Of a DNA stretch of 64,000 nucleotides, positions 57,871 to 64,000 are shown piece after piece. Below the pieces are notes generated by a model, which worked only from the letters and a program-made list of their open reading frames with translations, did not search any database and was not told the DNA's origin. The DNA comes from an uncultured Dorea sp. (GTDB lineage Bacteria > Bacillota > Clostridia > Lachnospirales > Lachnospiraceae), in contig UQRE01000003.1 of assembly GCA_900543415.1 (NCBI GenBank), forward strand, positions 30,014 through 94,013, read 5' to 3'. A program made the translations under genes and the position numbers. Each line of letters opens with the position of its first letter. Within the stretch, counting starts at the first letter, position 1.

Positions 57871-59640
57871 TTAGAAGTCCTCCTTCCCGAATGTTCCTTT
57901 AATTTCTTCACGAAGTTCATTCATGATCTTCTCATACTCTTCTTCGATCTGATCTGTTGTTGTGTATTTATAACGTCCGATTCGCTCTCTTACTTCCATA
58001 ACCAGAAGTTCTTTCATCGGAGCGCCTTTTGCCAGTGCTTCACTTGCCTGATCATAAAACGCAAGCACCAGTTTCATCATCAAATACTGTTTACGAAGCG
58101 GTGTATACGTATCAATCTCATGGAAAGAGTTCTGATGTAAGAAGTCTTCACGGATTGATCTTGCCGCCTCCATTTTCAGGCGGTCACTCGGAGACAAAGC
58201 ATCCATACCTACCATCTGCACGATTTCTTCCAGAGCCGCCTCTTCTGTCAAAAGGCTCATCATTCTCTGTCTGTCACTCATCCAGTCTTCGGCAACTGTA
58301 TTGTTAAACCAATCCTGCATATTGTCAAGATACAGGGAATAACTGGTCAGCCAGTTGATCGCCGGGAAATGTCTCTTATATGCCAGCGCAGAATCCAGTC
58401 CCCAGAACACCTTCACGATACGAAGCGTTGCCTGCGATACCGGCTCAGAAGTATCACCACCCGGTGGAGATACCGCTCCGATTACAGACAGAGAACCTTC
58501 TCTTCCTTCTTTTCCAAGCGACTGTACACGTCCTGCTCTCTCATAGAATTCTGCAAGACGAGATCCAAGGTATGCCGGATATCCTTCCTCACCCGGCATT
58601 TCTTCCAGACGTCCTGACATCTCACGAAGAGCCTCTGCCCAACGGGATGTTGAGTCTGCCATCAATGCTACGGAATATCCCATATCACGGAAATATTCTG
58701 CGATTGTGATTCCTGTATAAATAGATGCCTCACGTGCCGCAAACGGCATATCGGACGTATTTGCGATCAGAACGGTTCTCTCCATCAGCGAACGACCTGT
58801 CTTCGGGTCCTTAAGCTCTGGAAATTCATTCAAAACGTCCGTCATCTCATTTCCACGCTCACCGCATCCGATATAAACTACGATATCTGCCTCTGCCCAT
58901 TTTGCAAGCTGATGCTGGATCACTGTTTTACCACTTCCGAAAGGTCCCGGAACGGCAGCTACACCACCTTTTGCAATTGGGAAGAAGGTATCTACTACTC
59001 GCTGTCCTGTTACAAGCGGTGCGTCAAGCGGAAGTTTCTTCACGTATGGACGTCCTATACGAACCGGCCATTTCTGCATCATTGTAAGTTCCTTATCACC
59101 GTCTTTTGTGGAAAGAACAGCTACCACTTCCTCTACGGTAAATTCTCCTGCTTTAATCTCTTTTACCGTACCGGAAAGCCCGTATGGAACCATAATTTTC
59201 TGTTCTACAACAGCAGTTTCCTGAACGGTGCCAAGCACATCTCCTGCGGACACCTCATCGCCGACTTTTGCAACCGGAACAAATTCCCATTTCTTATCTC
59301 TCTTCAAGGAAGCAACTTCAACTCCACGCTGTAAGTTGTTTCCTGAAATCTTCATAATATCATCAAGCGGACGCTGGATTCCATCGTAAATGCTTGTGAT
59401 AAGACCAGGGCCAAGTTCTACGGACATTGGCGCGCCTGTAGATTCTACCGGCTCACCAGGTCCAAGACCTGACGTCTCTTCATATACCTGAATGGATGCC
59501 TCATCACCATGCATCTCGATGATCTCTCCGATCAGACGTTTCTCGCTGACACGTACAACGTCGGACATATTCGCATCACGCATACCGGACGCGATGACCA
59601 GCGGTCCTGCTACTTTTTTGATCGTACCTGTACTACTCAT
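57871..59640 (-). CDS. ntpA: V-type ATP synthase catalytic subunit A
   Basis: 589 aa with the P-loop GPFGSGKT and the non-homologous insert region typical of A subunits. Confidence 0.95.
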   Translation of the reverse strand: MSSTGTIKKVAGPLVIASGMRDANMSDVVRVSEKRLIGEIIEMHGDEASIQVYEETSGLGPGEPVESTGAPMSVELGPGLITSIYDGIQRPLDDIMKISGNNLQRGVEVASLKRDKKWEFVPVAKVGDEVSAGDVLGTVQETAVVEQKIMVPYGLSGTVKEIKAGEFTVEEVVAVLSTKDGDKELTMMQKWPVRIGRPYVKKLPLDAPLVTGQRVVDTFFPIAKGGVAAVPGPFGSGKTVIQHQLAKWAEADIVVYIGCGERGNEMTDVLNEFPELKDPKTGRSLMERTVLIANTSDMPFAAREASIYTGITIAEYFRDMGYSVALMADSTSRWAEALREMSGRLEEMPGEEGYPAYLGSRLAEFYERAGRVQSLGKEGREGSLSVIGAVSPPGGDTSEPVSQATLRIVKVFWGLDSALAYKRHFPAINWLTSYSLYLDNMQDWFNNTVAEDWMSDRQRMMSLLTEEAALEEIVQMVGMDALSPSDRLKMEAARSIREDFLHQNSFHEIDTYTPLRKQYLMMKLVLAFYDQASEALAKGAPMKELLVMEVRERIGRYKYTTTDQIEEEYEKIMNELREEIKGTFGKEDF

Positions 59641-59703
59641 GTGGACGAATCACCTTACCTTTCCTACAATTTTACCACTGCACAGCTCTTACTCTGGCAT
59701 GGC

Positions 59704-60024
59704 TTAGCTGTCACCGAACAGAATGTCTGATCCGACAGCTATCTCTACGGATTTCTTTACTCCCGCTACTCCGGCTCCGGTATTTCCTGCAATTCCCGGA
59801 ATCTGGATAATCGCCGGAATAATCTGCTCCTGATATTTTGAAATCTCATGCTTTAACTGTGCGGCACACGCTTCCGTGATATAGATCACACCATAATCTC
59901 CCGCTGCCAGTTTTGAAAGCATCTCTGCGGCTTCTTCCTGAGTCTCAACCGGAAATGTATCAAGTCCCAGTGCAGCGAAACCGTAAATGCTATCGTAATC
60001 GCCTAATACTGCAATCTTATACAT
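59704..60024 (-). CDS. V-type ATP synthase subunit F
   Basis: 106 aa small stalk subunit (MYKIAVLGD...). Confidence 0.85.
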   Translation of the reverse strand: MYKIAVLGDYDSIYGFAALGLDTFPVETQEEAAEMLSKLAAGDYGVIYITEACAAQLKHEISKYQEQIIPAIIQIPGIAGNTGAGVAGVKKSVEIAVGSDILFGDS

Positions 60025-60985
60025 ACATTTCCCTTACCCTTTCCCGAATAGAATCATCCGGCAGATCACTTCGCTTACCGGAAAGAATGATTCGCACCGT
60101 TTTTATTTCATTCTGTCTTGCGATCACATAAGCAATCACAGGACCTATTGTAAATGCATTATATTTCTGCGGACTGATGGTTTCAATAATACGATTATCG
60201 CACCATCGTTCAAATGCAGACGGAGATTCCGCTAACGCTTCTGCCCCTTCCGCATAGACGGTTCCAAGCAGATAATCTCTCAGTGCATCTGCTCCTGCCA
60301 ATGCTGCTTTTGCAAGTTTATCAACACTGACGCTATCACATTCTGCCATCGCCCGCTTCATGAATTCTATTGATTTTGCGGTTTTCTGCGCACGCACGGC
60401 AATCTTAATATCTGCAACTGCAACGGTAGATTCTGCATAATCCCGAATAATCTGGTCTTTTGCTTCTTTTCCCGCTTTATAGATTGCATCAAGCGCCGCC
60501 CTGTCGATCATCACGTCGCACAATTGACCGTCTCCTGTATGAAGAAAAGATTCATACGCTTCTGCTGCCACATGCTGCATATTTGCCGGAAGCTTACCAA
60601 AGTTCTTCTCCTTCACAATCTCCAGCATCTCACTGCCCGGAATGGATACATCTTCATAGAAAATGTGACGTTTTTTCCCTTCCGTACAGGTTTCCTTGAT
60701 GGCTGCTTTCAGATTGTGAAAAAGCTTCGGATAAGAAAGCACCGCAAAGTGTTCCATTCCAACGGATAATTCCTTTACCACTTCCCACACCTTTTCTTCT
60801 TCTCTGGTCAATATGGCCTCGGCGTTTCCCGATGTTTCAGAGTCTCCCCATCCCTTCTCTTCCAGGAACTGAAGACACTGCTCATAGCTCTGGCACCCGA
60901 TCAGCTGATCAATAGTGCTGTTCGAAAACAGGGAAACTTCCAGCGCCCTTATGCGCGCAACCGCATAGGTATACTTTTCACTCAT
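60017..60985 (-). CDS. ntpC: V-type ATP synthase subunit C
   Basis: 322 aa all-alpha subunit (d-subunit homolog). Confidence 0.85.
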   Translation of the reverse strand: MSEKYTYAVARIRALEVSLFSNSTIDQLIGCQSYEQCLQFLEEKGWGDSETSGNAEAILTREEEKVWEVVKELSVGMEHFAVLSYPKLFHNLKAAIKETCTEGKKRHIFYEDVSIPGSEMLEIVKEKNFGKLPANMQHVAAEAYESFLHTGDGQLCDVMIDRAALDAIYKAGKEAKDQIIRDYAESTVAVADIKIAVRAQKTAKSIEFMKRAMAECDSVSVDKLAKAALAGADALRDYLLGTVYAEGAEALAESPSAFERWCDNRIIETISPQKYNAFTIGPVIAYVIARQNEIKTVRIILSGKRSDLPDDSIRERVREMYV

Positions 60986-61005
60986 GTTACTCCTCCTGTT
61001 GCGCG

Positions 61006-61599
61006 TTACGCGAATATGATACGATGCACTTTATCAGACAACTCATCTTTTTTCGCATCAAAAATTGCCTGCAAGGTACAATTTTCTTCTATGCCTCCAT
61101 AGGCGAGGACAAATCCATTTTCTATTTTTCTGCCTTCTTCCGAGATGACCAGACTTCCGCCTTTTGATGCTGCCGATTTTTCTACTTCTGCCCGAAAATC
61201 ATTCGACATTCTCGCAAGGTCAGAAGCCGCAAAAAAGATCTCTCCTGCTTCCGGCAGTGCATATTTATCAAGCATCTTAAGAAGAAGAGCAAAATATTCT
61301 TTCTCGTCCATAGCAACCAGGGAATCGTATGCTTTCTTAAGCACCTCTGCGATTACTTCCTGCTTCGCTTCCAGAATTCTGGTTCTTCTCTTAAGATCAA
61401 TTGCCGATGCCACTCTCTCTTCATAAGCTTTCACATCTGCCTCTGACTTGCGCTGTGCAAGTTCACTTGATTTCTCTGCTTCTGCCTCGGCCTGACTTGT
61501 GATCTTTTGAGCATCCGCTTTTGCTTCTTCGACCTTATTGTCTGCCAAAGCCCTGGCTTCGCTCAGAATCTGGCTTTTCATTTTCTCTAATCCAGTCAT
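61006..61599 (-). CDS. ntpE: V-type ATP synthase subunit E
   Basis: 197 aa peripheral-stalk subunit with a charged coiled-coil N-terminus. Confidence 0.85.
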   Translation of the reverse strand: MTGLEKMKSQILSEARALADNKVEEAKADAQKITSQAEAEAEKSSELAQRKSEADVKAYEERVASAIDLKRRTRILEAKQEVIAEVLKKAYDSLVAMDEKEYFALLLKMLDKYALPEAGEIFFAASDLARMSNDFRAEVEKSAASKGGSLVISEEGRKIENGFVLAYGGIEENCTLQAIFDAKKDELSDKVHRIIFA

Positions 61600-61615
61600 A
61601 GCCTTTTACTCCTTC

Positions 61616-62104
<489 letters not shown>

Positions 62105-62143
62105 CTACATTTCCTCCTTATATGTTGTTAACTTCGCTTATTA

Positions 62144-64000
62144 TTAATCTGCATTACTCTGAACATCTACATATTTTGTATCTGAATGAAATGGCCGAAA
62201 TGGTCTGCTTCCGCCTTCGTAGAATTTTCCGAAGAACTCTACAAACTGAAGACGATTTGTGTGTACATATGCGCCCAGTAAATTGATCGCAAGATTCAGC
62301 GTATGTCCTACGACAAAGAATACAACGAACAAAATAATACCAAGTATATTATTCGGGAACATTCCGATCATCTGATTGATTACAGATGCGATAACTCCGG
62401 TAGCAAGCCCAAGGGCTAACAGACGGGAGTAAGATAATACATCACTTAACCATCCGGTAATATTATACAAATCATATGCTCCAAGCGCGATCCGAAGTCC
62501 CGGATTCTTACTGCTTCTTCCCGACATGAGGACAATTCCGACTGCTCCTGCAATCGCAAGTCCTTTGGCAAGCATATTAAGTGCCGGTGGGAACACGATC
62601 GTTGTCTGTGCAATAGATGCAAATATATCACTTGGCAAAAGCATGAGGATCAATCCCACAAGAAGCATAAACCATAACACTACGTCGCAGAAGAAATCCA
62701 TAACCTTGTGATCTTTCAAACACAGATACCCTTTGATTCCAAGACCGACAAATAAATGAATCACACCAAACAGCATCGAGTATACGAGCAATTTCATCGG
62801 ATCGTTCAGCGGCATGAACCACAGTGCATCAATCGTAACCGTTGTTCCAAAAAACTTCTGAGATACAATATCTACAATATTTCCAAAATAACCGCCGAAT
62901 AAAATTCCCCAGACAACGGTAGAAAGTCCACAATACATAAATAACTTAATTGATTTGTGCATGCTCTCGCTCATTCTCGGGAATTTCTTCAGCATAACCA
63001 AACACGCAATCGCAATAATCGCTCCATATGCGGCATCCGATAACATCATTCCAAAGAAAAATACATAGAAGAATGACATGATCGTTGTCGGGTCGATTTC
63101 TCCCTTCTTCGGGAGTCCGTAAGATTCTACGATACCCTCTACCGACTCAGAAAAGCCATTGTTCTCAAGAAGTGTCGGTGCCTCTTCCTCTTCACCCAGC
63201 GCTTCGATATCTATCACACAGTCATAGTTATCTCCAATCGCTTTTTGGATTGCCGGCACGACCCTCTCCGGCACATACCCGCTGACGAGAAAGGTTCTCT
63301 GAGACTGAGGGATCGTTCCAAGAATCTGATACTTATCTGCCCGCATCCGGAAATAATCTCCGACTACCTTCAGGCTATTTCTCGCATCTCCATATCCTGC
63401 GATCGCTTCCTCATCCTTTTTAATTTCCTGCTTCAGGGCTTCCACCCTCTGCTCAAGCTCCTCTTTTTCTTTTGCCGGAACCTGATCTGTCATCTGCGAT
63501 GGTCTTGCGAATCCGCCCGCTCGAAGCGCTTCTTCTACCTTTCCAACATTTTCTTTCATACAGAACACGGCCAGATAAAGTGCATCCTTATCCTTTTCAA
63601 TCACCTGCACTTCTATATCAGGCGTCTCTTCCGGACAATGCTCTGCCACAAGAGCATATATGCGTTCTGTCGTAGTATCTGCTGCCATTGTTCCAAGCAG
63701 CATTGCAACTTTTTTCGTACCGGAATATGTCATCGGCACGTCTAAAGACAGCCACGGATGAAGGATCTCTATCTGATTTTCAAGCTTCAGTATCCCTGCC
63801 TTTTTCTCCGCAATCTCTTTACTCTTCGCAATCAGAATGTTGGCATTTTGTATCGCTTCGTCTTTTCCTAAAATGGCTTCTTGAAATTCTTCCTGACTGA
63901 TCAGCTTCTTTCCTTCCAAACCGGCAAACATAGATGTCTTGACCGGAGCGTACTCGTCAAGAACATGGAGAGCAGCTTCTGTAAGATGTGTCTTCTTCTC
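62144..64000 (-). CDS. ntpI: V-type ATP synthase subunit I (membrane a-subunit), N-terminus beyond window
   Basis: At least 595 aa with a polytopic C-terminal half. The reading frame stays open upstream of the first ATG to the window end. Confidence 0.85.
   Translation of the reverse strand, partial: EKKTHLTEAALHVLDEYAPVKTSMFAGLEGKKLISQEEFQEAILGKDEAIQNANILIAKSKEIAEKKAGILKLENQIEILHPWLSLDVPMTYSGTKKVAMLLGTMAADTTTERIYALVAEHCPEETPDIEVQVIEKDKDALYLAVFCMKENVGKVEEALRAGGFARPSQMTDQVPAKEKEELEQRVEALKQEIKKDEEAIAGYGDARNSLKVVGDYFRMRADKYQILGTIPQSQRTFLVSGYVPERVVPAIQKAIGDNYDCVIDIEALGEEEEAPTLLENNGFSESVEGIVESYGLPKKGEIDPTTIMSFFYVFFFGMMLSDAAYGAIIAIACLVMLKKFPRMSESMHKSIKLFMYCGLSTVVWGILFGGYFGNIVDIVSQKFFGTTVTIDALWFMPLNDPMKLLVYSMLFGVIHLFVGLGIKGYLCLKDHKVMDFFCDVVLWFMLLVGLILMLLPSDIFASIAQTTIVFPPALNMLAKGLAIAGAVGIVLMSGRSSKNPGLRIALGAYDLYNITGWLSDVLSYSRLLALGLATGVIASVINQMIGMFPNNILGIILFVVFFVVGHTLNLAINLLGAYVHTNRLQFVEFFGKFYEGGSRPFRPFHSDTKYVDVQSNAD

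Noticed and set aside
56930-57874. 314-aa plus-strand ORF, antisense to ntpB
   Set aside because: It is Cys/Arg-rich and low in complexity, and lies entirely inside a highly conserved minus-strand gene. This is a typical antisense shadow ORF. It has no RBS and no recognisable fold.

Overview
This is a 64 kb chromosomal segment from a low-GC Gram-positive, spore-forming bacterium, probably Clostridia and Lachnospiraceae-like. It is densely coded, almost entirely on the minus strand. The left half is conserved housekeeping synteny recognisable from the Bacillus subtilis origin-proximal region. It runs yaaO-like decarboxylase, a kinase, holB, ricT/yaaT, yabB methyltransferase, then hup, yabO, yabP, yabQ, divIC and a SpoIIE-like phosphatase, then tilS, hpt, ftsH, cca and proS. 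The proS gene has a T-box leader. The middle carries a lipoprotein cell-wall amidase, a zinc-ribbon/vWA membrane protein, rluA, spoVG, glgC/glgD, murC and a DnaA-box-controlled dnaB-like/dnaI/prs operon. After these come a two-component system fused in an operon with an SbcD/SbcC-like (YhaO/YhaN-like) nuclease and ATPase pair, then asnS. The right half is a roughly 15 kb LacI-controlled glycoside utilisation locus. It holds a GH13_18 sucrose-phosphorylase-family enzyme, an ABC sugar transporter, an MDR dehydrogenase, a xylose-isomerase-like TIM-barrel enzyme, a Gfo/Idh/MocA oxidoreductase, a GH65 phosphorylase, beta-phosphoglucomutase, an unusual ADP-ribosylglycohydrolase-fold fusion protein, glycerate kinase and alpha-phosphoglucomutase. 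It is followed by a complete V-type ATPase operon (ntpI-K-E-C-F-A-B-D) whose subunit I is truncated by the window edge and whose subunit K carries the Na+-binding signature. I found no rRNA, tRNA, CRISPR array, transposase or integrase. The candidates I consider most likely to be undescribed are the dual-phosphorylase glycoside locus with its oxidoreductase module and ADP-ribosylglycohydrolase fusion, and the TCS-linked membrane-anchored SbcCD-like module. Lesser candidates are a SpoIIE homolog without its membrane domain, a Zn-ribbon/vWA protein and several structured intergenic RNA elements.
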